Position numbers and translations under genes: made by a program. Positions 47,874 to 57,140 of a stretch of DNA of 64,000 bases are shown here, in pieces (positions within the stretch are counted from its first letter, which is position 1; the number at the start of each line of letters is the position of its first letter). The stretch lies in the NCBI GenBank assembly GCA_965208125.1, contig OZ242320.1, positions 1,792,001 to 1,856,000 of the forward strand, given 5' to 3'. Below the pieces are notes generated by a model. The model worked only from the letters and a program-made list of their open reading frames with translations, was not told the DNA's origin and made no database searches. This DNA comes from Candidatus Latescibacterota bacterium. Lineage in GTDB: Bacteria > Latescibacterota > UBA2968.

Positions 47874-50861
47874 ATGCGTAAACGGATTCTGGTCATCCTG
47901 TCAACATTCACGCTTTTGGTACACCCGCTGACTCTTTTGGCACAAAATAGCTTCTCTCTTTCGCTGGATGTAAATAGTACTACGGGCGATCAAGCTGCCA
48001 CGTCTATTAATGTGTCCGCAGATGGGGTTGTGACCATACAGATCTTTGGCAAAGATATTCAGAATGCGAATGGACTCGCTGTGCGTTTTGAATACAATGC
48101 CACACAGATTGTTTACGAAGGATTTGAGACAGGTGATGTGTTGCCCAATGCACAAACACTCACAGAACAGGGTACAAATCCGACTTTTGTGGAGATTAGC
48201 ATTGTGTCTTTTGGTGGTCAAGCCACGGTCAACAACGGTCTTGTGGGCACGATTCGTTTTCGCACGTTGGCTGCGTTTTCGGGCACTTCGATTCGGTTGG
48301 TGCGTGCTGATCTTGGCCGGGGTGGGCAAATTGAAAGCGCGACCTTGAATTTGCGCGTTGCGTTACGGTTACAACTTACATCGGACTTTAATGGCGATGG
48401 TCGAGTTGGCTTTGCCGACTTTTTGGCGTTTGCAGATCAGTTCGGGTCACGTAGGGGCGATGGGACGTATGAAGCCAGATATGATCTGGACAGCAACGGC
48501 GTAATTGGATTCTCCGATTTTCTGATCTTTGGTAATAGCTTTGGCAAAGAGGTATCTTCCCCTACCAGCGGTGGCGATGCGATGCAGGTTGTTATTCCAG
48601 ATGGGAATCTGCGCGCTGTTATTGAGGATAGCCTCGGTAAGGTGCGCGGTACACCGATCACCAGAGCAGAGATGGCGACCTTGACGAGACTTGAGGTGCC
48701 GAACAAGAATATTAGCGATTTGACCGGCCTTGAGTTTGCAACTGGGCTGACGAGACTTGATCTTGGTGAAGAGGTGGTGAATGGGTTGGGCAACAACAGC
48801 AATGAAATATCCAACCTCTCGTCTCTTTCAGGCTTGAACAACCTGACATATCTAAATCTTCGCAGGAACGAGATATCAGATGTATCCACACTCTCTAACT
48901 TAACCAACCTGACATATTTGAATCTTTCTTTGAACAAGATATCAGATGTATCCGCACTATCTAACTTAACCAATCTGACATATCTGAGTTTTTCTTTTAA
49001 CGAGATTTCAGATGTGTCCGTGGTATCTAACTTAACCAACCTGACAACGCTGGCTTTTGGCAGCAACGAGATTTCAGATTCAGATGTGTCCGTGGTATCT
49101 AACTTAACCAACCTGACAACGCTGTGGCTTTACAGCAACAATATCTCGGATATATCCGCACTATCTAACTTGACTAACCTGACAACGCTGTATCTTTACG
49201 ACAACAATATCTCGGATATCTCGCCACTACCAGGATTGACTAAACTGGATTCGCTGTGGCTTGGCAACAACAGCATCTCGGATATATCGCCCCTATCAGA
49301 ATTGACTAATCTGGAATCGCTGGATCTTTCCAACAACAGCATCTCGGATGTATCCGCGCTATCTAACTTAACCAATCTGACAACGCTGTGGCTTTATGAC
49401 AACAATATCTCGGATGTATCGCCCCTGTCAGGATTGGCTAACCTGGAATTGCTGGATCTTGACGATAATAGCATCTCGAATATCTCGCCCCTGTCAGAAT
49501 TGACTAACTTGAAAAGACTGTATCTTGACAACAACAGCATCTCAGATATTGCGCCATTGGTCGCAAACATGGGATTGAGTGAAGGAGATAATGTTAATGT
49601 GAAGGGCAACCCGCTAAGTGACACATCGCTCGACACGCACATTCCAGCCCTTCAGGGCAGAGAGATTGAGATTTCTTTTGATCCACTGCGAGTAAGTGAC
49701 TTTTCATTGCCAGTAGGCATCCCAGATGCGAACCTGCGTGCTGTCATTGAAGATAGTCTCGACAAGGCGAGCGGTGCGCCTATCACCAGGGGTGAGATGG
49801 TAACCATAACTCGCCTTGTGGCACGGAATGCGAACATTAGTGACTTGACTGGCCTTGAGTTTGCGACCAGTCTGGAATGGTTATCTCTTTCCTCTAACAG
49901 CATCTCGGATGTGTCTGCACTGTCCGGCTTGACCAATCTGCGAATTCTGAGTCTTTCCAGCAACAGCATCTCGGATGTGTCTGCACTGTCCAGCTTGACC
50001 AGTCTGGAATGGTTATCTCTTTCCTCTAACAGCATCTCGGATGTGTCTGTACTGTCCGGCTTGACGAGCTTGGAATCGCTTTATCTTTACAACAACTTCA
50101 TTTCAGATGTGTCTGCGCTATCAGGCTTGACCAGTCTGAGAACGCTGGATCTTGACTACAATGCGATCTTAGATGTGTCTGCGCTATCAGGCTTGACCAG
50201 TCTGGAATGGCTGGATCTTGCAAACAACTTCATTTCGGATGTGTCTGCGCTATCAGACTTGACCAGTCTGGAATGGTTATCTCTTTCCTCTAACAGCATC
50301 TCGGATGTGTCTGCACTGTCCGGCTTGACCAGTCTGAGAACGCTGGATCTTCAGTCTAACACCGTCTCAGACCTCTCGCCTCTCTCAGGTCTGCCTAACC
50401 TGAGAGAGATTTGGCTTGCTGGAAACACCTTCTCGGATATCACACCCCTGTCAGGCTTAACCAACTTGACAGTGCTAGATCTTCAGAGCCTCGGTATCTC
50501 GGACATCTCTCTACTGTCAGGATTGACTAACCTGGAAACGTTGCATCTTAACAACAACAGCATCTCGGACATCATCCCATTGGCAGGCTTAACCAATCTG
50601 GAAAAGTTGACACTTCGCAACAATGCCATCTCGAACATTGGCCCCCTGGTCGCAAATACGGGATTGGGTAGTGGCGATGAGGTTGACTTGAGGAACAACC
50701 CATTGAGTGCCGATTCAATCAACCGATACATTCCATTTCTTCAGAGCAGAGGAATCACGGTAATATTTAGCGCGTCGAAATCCGCGGTGGTGAAGGAAGA
50801 ACGGGACATAACCCCTGTGGTAGAGGAATGGAAAACAGACGACTATATTTACCACAGATGA
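47874..50861 (+). CDS. Secreted internalin-like LRR protein with cohesin-like and EF-hand/dockerin-like modules
   Basis: Signal peptide; DFNGDGRVGFADFL and DLDSNGVIGFSDFL; two IPDxNLR caps, each followed by many 22-aa LRRs. Confidence 0.9.
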   Translation: MRKRILVILSTFTLLVHPLTLLAQNSFSLSLDVNSTTGDQAATSINVSADGVVTIQIFGKDIQNANGLAVRFEYNATQIVYEGFETGDVLPNAQTLTEQGTNPTFVEISIVSFGGQATVNNGLVGTIRFRTLAAFSGTSIRLVRADLGRGGQIESATLNLRVALRLQLTSDFNGDGRVGFADFLAFADQFGSRRGDGTYEARYDLDSNGVIGFSDFLIFGNSFGKEVSSPTSGGDAMQVVIPDGNLRAVIEDSLGKVRGTPITRAEMATLTRLEVPNKNISDLTGLEFATGLTRLDLGEEVVNGLGNNSNEISNLSSLSGLNNLTYLNLRRNEISDVSTLSNLTNLTYLNLSLNKISDVSALSNLTNLTYLSFSFNEISDVSVVSNLTNLTTLAFGSNEISDSDVSVVSNLTNLTTLWLYSNNISDISALSNLTNLTTLYLYDNNISDISPLPGLTKLDSLWLGNNSISDISPLSELTNLESLDLSNNSISDVSALSNLTNLTTLWLYDNNISDVSPLSGLANLELLDLDDNSISNISPLSELTNLKRLYLDNNSISDIAPLVANMGLSEGDNVNVKGNPLSDTSLDTHIPALQGREIEISFDPLRVSDFSLPVGIPDANLRAVIEDSLDKASGAPITRGEMVTITRLVARNANISDLTGLEFATSLEWLSLSSNSISDVSALSGLTNLRILSLSSNSISDVSALSSLTSLEWLSLSSNSISDVSVLSGLTSLESLYLYNNFISDVSALSGLTSLRTLDLDYNAILDVSALSGLTSLEWLDLANNFISDVSALSDLTSLEWLSLSSNSISDVSALSGLTSLRTLDLQSNTVSDLSPLSGLPNLREIWLAGNTFSDITPLSGLTNLTVLDLQSLGISDISLLSGLTNLETLHLNNNSISDIIPLAGLTNLEKLTLRNNAISNIGPLVANTGLGSGDEVDLRNNPLSADSINRYIPFLQSRGITVIFSASKSAVVKEERDITPVVEEWKTDDYIYHR

Positions 50862-51000
50862 ATGATCAAGGTGAAGGACGTGATCAACCAAAAAGCGAGT
50901 CTCTCCACCAAAGCAGAGATGTGGTAAAGCTATAGTCCTTTTAGGAAGGAACCGAGGGCTGCTCACTCTCCACTGTGATCTCCCCTAGGAGGTAGCTATT

Positions 51001-51312
51001 ATGCCTATAATGCCCCCAATTCATCCGGGAGAAATCCTGCTCGAGGAATTTCTCCAGCCTCTGAGTATTAGCCAGTATCGTCTGGCAAAGGATATTTCAG
51101 TGCCTCCTCGGCGGATTAACGAGATTGTGCATGGCAAACGCGCTATCTCGGCAGATACAGCGCTACGGCTGGCGCGCTACTTTGGGACCACAGATCAATT
51201 CTGGCTCAATCTGCAGACGCGCTACAATTTGGAGTTGGAGAAAGACCGCCTCGGTGAGCGATTGGAGGTTGAAGTGCGCGTTTTAGAGCGTCAAGTATTG
51301 ACAGATACCTGA
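51001..51312 (+). CDS. higA: Orphan HigA antitoxin
   Basis: PIHPGEILLEEFL…RRINEIVHGKR…FWLNLQ; no higB upstream. Confidence 0.9.
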   Translation: MPIMPPIHPGEILLEEFLQPLSISQYRLAKDISVPPRRINEIVHGKRAISADTALRLARYFGTTDQFWLNLQTRYNLELEKDRLGERLEVEVRVLERQVLTDT

Positions 51313-51332
51313 CAGGGGCTATATTTCTTTAT

Positions 51333-51665
51333 ATGCTAATTGCAAAAATTCCTGATGATGCCCTTGTAGTTCGTGGCGGTAAAAACCGACCAGAAGACAT
51401 TCGACGTGGAAGCGGAACACATCCAAGTGGGATCACAGGCATATCAGTAGAAAGTGGTGAAGGTGTATCTATTTCTGAATTGGCAAGGACGATTCCACAT
51501 GGACAAGTTGGCGTGACAACCGTTGGTGAAATCCGAAAAGCTGGCGGTGATGTGGTGCGAACTTCTGGGCGAAGCCCTTTTCATGCGACATTAACTGGAC
51601 TTACGCCCGAGCAAGTTAGTGAACTTTTTGTGCCAACAATTCCAAATCCCGCACGGGAGAATTAA
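51333..51665 (+). CDS. Hypothetical protein resembling a standalone toxin domain
   Basis: VVRGG…GISV…PHGQVGVTTVG…HATL. Confidence 0.55.
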   Translation: MLIAKIPDDALVVRGGKNRPEDIRRGSGTHPSGITGISVESGEGVSISELARTIPHGQVGVTTVGEIRKAGGDVVRTSGRSPFHATLTGLTPEQVSELFVPTIPNPAREN

Positions 51666-51667
51666 AA

Positions 51668-51940
51668 ATGAACAAACCAAGAATATTCGCGGACTTTCAC
51701 AATGCGGATGTAAAAGGCAGGGTGCGTTTGAACTGCGCTGGGACCGTGGAAGACCTTGCATGTCAGAAAATGGTTCTAAAAGAAGGGCAATCACTGATCC
51801 TTTACAGCGAAGATTTAGAAGTTGATGGTGTGGTTCGATACTCTCAAAAAGAAAATTTGTGGGTTGCTATGATTGATTGGGATGCCATTCGAGAGGTTGC
51901 CCCTGTAGTCTCTCAAACAGAACACCACAGCCCAGTTTGA
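51668..51940 (+). CDS. Hypothetical protein, possible immunity partner
   Basis: Starts 2 bp after previous stop; IFADFHNAD…W…IDW. Confidence 0.55.
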   Translation: MNKPRIFADFHNADVKGRVRLNCAGTVEDLACQKMVLKEGQSLILYSEDLEVDGVVRYSQKENLWVAMIDWDAIREVAPVVSQTEHHSPV

Positions 51941-51975
51941 TGGCCTTTAAACCGCTCAATCGGATCTTATTTTTT

Positions 51976-52017
51976 AAAGCCCAACGGTCTTTTCTAAACC
52001 GTTGGGCTTTTATTTTT
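51976..52017 (+). terminator. Rho-independent terminator
   Basis: AAAGCCCAACGGT…ACCGTTGGGCTTT plus T-rich tail. Confidence 0.75.
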
Positions 52018-52150
52018 AGAGACTCAATGGTCATAACAACTGCCATTATGACTGAAATCGGGTAGCAAAATCGGCACTTCTCAGATTAAATAATGGAACC
52101 AAAATTGATATTTGGTTGTAAATAAAGTAATTAGCTGAATTTAAAATTTC

Positions 52151-52166
52151 AGGCACGGATATTGCT
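52151..52166 (+). promoter_or_regulatory. sigma54 -24/-12 promoter upstream of lon
   Basis: AGGCACGGATATTGCT (GG-N10-GC). Confidence 0.6.
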
Positions 52167-52214
52167 TAAAAAATGGTAAAGTTGATATACCATCATTCCA
52201 AGGAGCATCTAATC

Positions 52215-54617
52215 ATGCCAAACGACAACCCCCTCACAAGCGTAAACGCAATCGAAGCGTATAGCATCCCCTCCGAATTACCCATGCTGGTGACATCTGA
52301 AGTGGTGATCTATCCCCTCATGGCCGCCCCCTTGTTATTGGAAGACGAACGCGCGGTAAAAGCCGCGCAAGCGGCAATAGACGCTGGGCACAAAGTAATC
52401 GCCATCTTTGGAGAACTGGAAGAAAGCGACGCCGAAGAAGACATCCGCCGGGAGTCCCTGTATCCCGTAGGCACGGCAATCTACATCGCGCGATCCGCGG
52501 ACATGCCCGATGGCCGCATGCAAGTGCTCGTACAGGGCATGGCGCGACTATCACTCATAGATGTATTGCGATCGCAACCTTATCCCATAGCGAAAGTTGA
52601 GAAAATAGCATCAGAAATAGAACACAACACCGAATTGGAAGCACTCGCGCGCAATATATTCGGTCAGTTCAAAAAAGCAGTGGCACTCGCCCCCAATGTA
52701 CCCAGAGAAGTCGGAGCAGCCTTAGACGCCCTCTCAGAAATAACCCACAAGGCAGACTTCATCGCCTCACAACTCAACGTGGGATTTGAAGATCAACAAA
52801 AAATATTAGCCGAGCGCAATCTGTATCGGCGACTGGAAGCCATCAATCAATTCCTCAATCGCGAAGTTGAAATTCTGGAACTGCGCGAAAAAATCAGCTC
52901 AGAAGCCGCGGGAACCATGGAAGACGCACAAAAAGAGTATTTTTTGCGCCAGCAACTGCGGGCAATTCAAGATGAACTGGGTGAAGGAGAGGATATCGGT
53001 GCCGAAATCGAAGAACTGCGCGAAAAAATCGAAGCCGCCAGCATGTCCGAAGAAGCAAAAACAGAAGCCGAACGCGAGCTAAAACGCATGGCGCGCATGC
53101 CCGAAGCCTCTGCCGAATACACCGTATCGCGCACCTATCTGGACTGGCTCGTCGAACTCCCGTGGAACAAAAAGACAAGCGATCAATTAGACATCAAAAA
53201 AGCCGAACGCGTCTTGAATGCAGACCACTATGGATTGGAAAAGCCCAAAGAACGCATCCTTGAGTACCTGTCCGTGCGCCAATTGAAAGACGACATGCGC
53301 GGACCTATCTTGTTACTGGTCGGCCCCCCGGGCACGGGCAAAACATCACTGGGCAAATCCGTGGCACGAGCACTCAACCGCGAATTTGTCAGAATGTCAT
53401 TGGGCGGCATCCGCGACGAATCGGAAATTCGAGGACACCGCCGCACCTACATCGGCGCACTGCCCGGACGCATCATACAGGGACTGCGGCGTGCCGGCAC
53501 AAAAAACCCCGTATTCATGCTGGATGAAATCGACAAACTCGGCGCAGACTTTCGCGGCGACCCCTCCGCAGCACTGCTGGAAGTCCTGGACCCGGCGCAA
53601 AACAACACCTTTGTGGATCACTATCTGGACGTCGCCTTTGACCTCTCAGAAGTCTTATTCCTCGCCACTGCCAACTCGCTCCACACAATCCCACCCGCAC
53701 TCATGGACCGAATGGAAGTACTGGAAGTCTCGGGATATACCGAAGCCGAAAAAATGGAAATCGCGCGTCGGTACCTGGTCAAACGCCAGATATTAGAACA
53801 CGGATTGACCCCCCAAAAGGCATCTTTCGACAAAGCCGCCCTGCAAGAAGTAATCCAGCACTACACCCGCGAGGCCGGGGTGCGAAATCTGGAGCGCGAA
53901 ATCGCAACCGTGACGCGCAAGATCGCCCGCAAATTTGCTCAGGGCCGCAAGCGACGCGTACACATCCATCAAAAAAACATCGCCGAATATCTGGGACCAC
54001 AAAGATTTCGCCACGAAGTAGCCGAAGAAGATCACGAGGTGGGCGTCGCCGCTGGCCTCGCCGTAACATCTACCGGTGGTGATGTCCTCTTTGTCGAAGC
54101 AACAGTCATACCCGGTAAAGGCGAGTTAAATCTAACCGGACAGGTCGGCGACGTAATGAAAGAATCTGCGCATGCGGCCATGACATACGTGCGGTCGCGC
54201 TGGCATGAACTGGGGCTAAACGCGCAGTTTAACAAAAACCAGGATGTACACGTACACGTACCTGCAGGAGCCGTACCCAAAGATGGTCCATCGGCAGGTA
54301 TTACCATGGCCACAGTCCTCGCATCGGTATTCACCAATCGGCCCGTTCGCAAAGACGTGGCAATGACAGGCGAAATTACACTGCGCGGCAAAGTACTGCC
54401 CATCGGCGGCGTACGCGATAAAGTCCTATCAGCACACCGCGCAGGTGTAAAAACAGTAATCTTACCCGAAGACAACCGCAAAGACGCACACGAAATACCC
54501 GATACAGCGCGCAAAGACATAAGGCTGGTATTTGCATCTCACATGGATCAAGTTCTGGAAACCGCCATCATGAAACGCCCCCGCAAGCCAATGGCTGAGG
54601 TGTTCAGTGTGAATTGA
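52215..54617 (+). CDS. lon: Lon protease (endopeptidase La)
   Basis: AAGGAG RBS; GPPGTGKTS, RGHRRTYIGA, PKDGPSAG. Confidence 0.97.
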   Translation: MPNDNPLTSVNAIEAYSIPSELPMLVTSEVVIYPLMAAPLLLEDERAVKAAQAAIDAGHKVIAIFGELEESDAEEDIRRESLYPVGTAIYIARSADMPDGRMQVLVQGMARLSLIDVLRSQPYPIAKVEKIASEIEHNTELEALARNIFGQFKKAVALAPNVPREVGAALDALSEITHKADFIASQLNVGFEDQQKILAERNLYRRLEAINQFLNREVEILELREKISSEAAGTMEDAQKEYFLRQQLRAIQDELGEGEDIGAEIEELREKIEAASMSEEAKTEAERELKRMARMPEASAEYTVSRTYLDWLVELPWNKKTSDQLDIKKAERVLNADHYGLEKPKERILEYLSVRQLKDDMRGPILLLVGPPGTGKTSLGKSVARALNREFVRMSLGGIRDESEIRGHRRTYIGALPGRIIQGLRRAGTKNPVFMLDEIDKLGADFRGDPSAALLEVLDPAQNNTFVDHYLDVAFDLSEVLFLATANSLHTIPPALMDRMEVLEVSGYTEAEKMEIARRYLVKRQILEHGLTPQKASFDKAALQEVIQHYTREAGVRNLEREIATVTRKIARKFAQGRKRRVHIHQKNIAEYLGPQRFRHEVAEEDHEVGVAAGLAVTSTGGDVLFVEATVIPGKGELNLTGQVGDVMKESAHAAMTYVRSRWHELGLNAQFNKNQDVHVHVPAGAVPKDGPSAGITMATVLASVFTNRPVRKDVAMTGEITLRGKVLPIGGVRDKVLSAHRAGVKTVILPEDNRKDAHEIPDTARKDIRLVFASHMDQVLETAIMKRPRKPMAEVFSVN

Positions 54618-54624
54618 TTTATTT

Positions 54625-55116
54625 TCACCCCTCAAAATACTCGACAAACTTCTCAAAAACAGGTTCCGGAACATAGCGTCTCACAACATCTTGCCAGCCA
54701 TCGGGACCCACCAGCCCTTTGATAAAACTGGAACTGATCTCTGCAATCTCTCGCGGGGGCATCAAAAAGATAGTCGTAATCGTATCGTCCAGATCACTAT
54801 TGATATAGCGCATCCTGCGTTCAAACTCATAGTCGCTCTGCGTGCGAATACCCCGCACAATATAACCTGCGCCAATACCGCGTGCGTAATTGACCAGAAA
54901 CTGATTTTCGTAACTGGCGACAACGACATTATCGAACTGCGACGTAGTCTCACAAAGCAGACCCAGCCTTTCCTCCAGTGAAAACGTATAGTCCTTATCC
55001 GGATTGATCCCAATAGCGACAACGAGCTGATCGAAGAGCTGCGCAGCCTCCTGAATAACCCACAGATGGCCGTGGGTAACGGGATCAAAGCTGGCGGCGT
55101 AAACGGCTTTTTTCAT
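54625..55116 (-). CDS. coaD: Phosphopantetheine adenylyltransferase
   Basis: AVYAASFDPVTHGH, IVRGIR…DYEFE, ISSS. Confidence 0.93.
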   Translation of the reverse strand: MKKAVYAASFDPVTHGHLWVIQEAAQLFDQLVVAIGINPDKDYTFSLEERLGLLCETTSQFDNVVVASYENQFLVNYARGIGAGYIVRGIRTQSDYEFERRMRYINSDLDDTITTIFLMPPREIAEISSSFIKGLVGPDGWQDVVRRYVPEPVFEKFVEYFEG

Positions 55117-55124
55117 CTTATTCC

Positions 55125-55829
55125 TCATGAAATATCGGTGAGTGCCCAAGCAATGAGGCCGAAAGTAATGAGTTGCGGGCGGCGGTCCTTATCCAGCAAA
55201 TAGTGGACGGGCAAGATACCTTCGCCAGATTGAACAAAGGTTTTATAAGAACCGATACCGAGTTCAACCGATCCATCGGCAACGAGCTTGTGATTGGGGT
55301 GCAAGAGAGACAGATCTTGAATCAGATCAAATGCCATTGGCAAGGAATGCCTTCCACATAGCAAAATGTGGGGGAGTATCCAATGGCTAAAGACCGGACG
55401 CGTTGCGCGGTATGTGTATGCACCATCTCGCGACTGAATATGCCCCTTGTTATTTTCCCAGCTCTCGCGCAACTCAGAAATCGGAATCGGCTCCCCCTCG
55501 GCATCGGCGCGATAAGTGTACAGCGTCCAGGATTTGAGGGTATCGTCGGGGTTGCAGATCACATCCGCCTCAAAAATAGTCGGCTCGCCGCCAATGTGAG
55601 TTTGCTGGCGGATGCAATACGTGCCGCCCTGTTCGCGCCCAATACTCACCGAGCCATACACGCTATTGGGACAAGGCGGCGGTTGCGCGGGCGCAAAGGA
55701 CCAGTTGAGGATATCGTAAGTGAGCGTAGCGCAATCGGCATCCACAATAGACGTCTGCACCGGCGTGAAACCCGAGAGAAAATCGCGGATGGGTTGAACG
55801 GCATAGGGACCGATGGTGTCAATTGCCAT
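55125..55829 (-). CDS. Hypothetical protein
   Basis: Co-oriented ORF filling the sulfatase-coaD gap; GEGILPVHY..D motif. Confidence 0.6.
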   Translation of the reverse strand: MAIDTIGPYAVQPIRDFLSGFTPVQTSIVDADCATLTYDILNWSFAPAQPPPCPNSVYGSVSIGREQGGTYCIRQQTHIGGEPTIFEADVICNPDDTLKSWTLYTYRADAEGEPIPISELRESWENNKGHIQSRDGAYTYRATRPVFSHWILPHILLCGRHSLPMAFDLIQDLSLLHPNHKLVADGSVELGIGSYKTFVQSGEGILPVHYLLDKDRRPQLITFGLIAWALTDIS

Positions 55830-55833
55830 GGGG

Positions 55834-57135
55834 TCAGGCCTCATTGAGAATGGAAAGATACCAGTCGATATAGTCGCGATAGACATTGCCGCGCTTCAGA
55901 TTACCGAGATCGATTTCTGGTTCGGGATACATTTCAATTTGGGATATGTATTCGCGAAAATGTGCCCGATGGCGCGCGACAATATCTGCACAGTGCGCTT
56001 CATCGGCGAGGTCTTGCGTTTCGAGCGGATCGTTTTGAAGATCGTAGAGACGCGTGTTATCCCGATCAATAATGCTTTTGTAGCGCGCATCGCGCACGGC
56101 AACCGATAGCCGACCAATAGAAGTTTCGCCGATGACGTAGGTGCGCCACGGGACATTGCGCCGTTCAAAAATGGGACGCCATGAACGCGCAATAGTGGTC
56201 TTGGGCAAGGGCGGTGCGCCGGCATAGTCGCATATCGTGGCGGGAATATCGACGCCGGAGATGAGATGCTCGGCATCCCGCACGCCTTCCGGAATACGCC
56301 CGGGCCACCACGCAATGGTGGGAACACGAAACGCTTCTTCCTCAAGAAAACCCTTGCTGGTATTGCTGTGAAAGCCGAGGCCATCGCCGTGGTCAGAGGC
56401 AAAAATGACGAGGGTATTGTCAGCATAAGGCGATGCGCGAAGCGCGTGCATAACGCGGCCAACTTCGGCGTCAACCATCTCGACCATGCGGTAATACTGA
56501 TAGATGTAATACTGCCAATCGCGGCGCGACCACTGGCGAGTACTGGGCCGCCCGCGCTGGGCGTATTCGTCGTCGAAATTGCCCGGAAGAGGCGGGAGAT
56601 CGCCCTCAATTTTCGATGCAAAACCGTATTTGCCCGGGCCGCCGTGGGACATCGCGGGAAAGCAGCAATCGTGCGGGTTGAGGAATCCAACGCTTAAAAA
56701 GAAGGGTTTATCAGACGTGCGATTTTTCAGATAGGCCACGGCTGATCGGGCGACATTGCCGTCGTTGAGTTCGCCCATGCCGTGCTGGGGTTGCAACACA
56801 TCAAAACTCGCGTGTAAATCGCGTCCCGTGACGTGCCATTTGCCCGTGTACACACACTCATAGTCTTCGCGGCGCAGCCACTGTCCCAGGTCCGGGATAC
56901 TGGGATCAATGGGATAGGAATTGACGACAACGCCGTGTTCTTTGGACATGCGCCCCGTGTACCAACACGCCCGCGAAGGACAGCACTGGGGCATGGCGCA
57001 GTAGGCATTGGTAAAGGTATAGCCTTCGCGCACGAGCTGGTCAATAGCAGGTGTGTGTACGTATTCGCAGCCGAGCGCAGAGATCGCATCGGCGTGCATC
57101 TGATCGACGTGTATAAAGAGAATATTGAGTTTCAT
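55834..57135 (-). CDS. Formylglycine-dependent (S1) sulfatase
   Basis: NILFIHVDQ, CCPSR (CxPxR), GKWH, PHD, SDHG. Confidence 0.93.
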   Translation of the reverse strand: MKLNILFIHVDQMHADAISALGCEYVHTPAIDQLVREGYTFTNAYCAMPQCCPSRACWYTGRMSKEHGVVVNSYPIDPSIPDLGQWLRREDYECVYTGKWHVTGRDLHASFDVLQPQHGMGELNDGNVARSAVAYLKNRTSDKPFFLSVGFLNPHDCCFPAMSHGGPGKYGFASKIEGDLPPLPGNFDDEYAQRGRPSTRQWSRRDWQYYIYQYYRMVEMVDAEVGRVMHALRASPYADNTLVIFASDHGDGLGFHSNTSKGFLEEEAFRVPTIAWWPGRIPEGVRDAEHLISGVDIPATICDYAGAPPLPKTTIARSWRPIFERRNVPWRTYVIGETSIGRLSVAVRDARYKSIIDRDNTRLYDLQNDPLETQDLADEAHCADIVARHRAHFREYISQIEMYPEPEIDLGNLKRGNVYRDYIDWYLSILNEA

Positions 57136-57140
57136 AAGCA

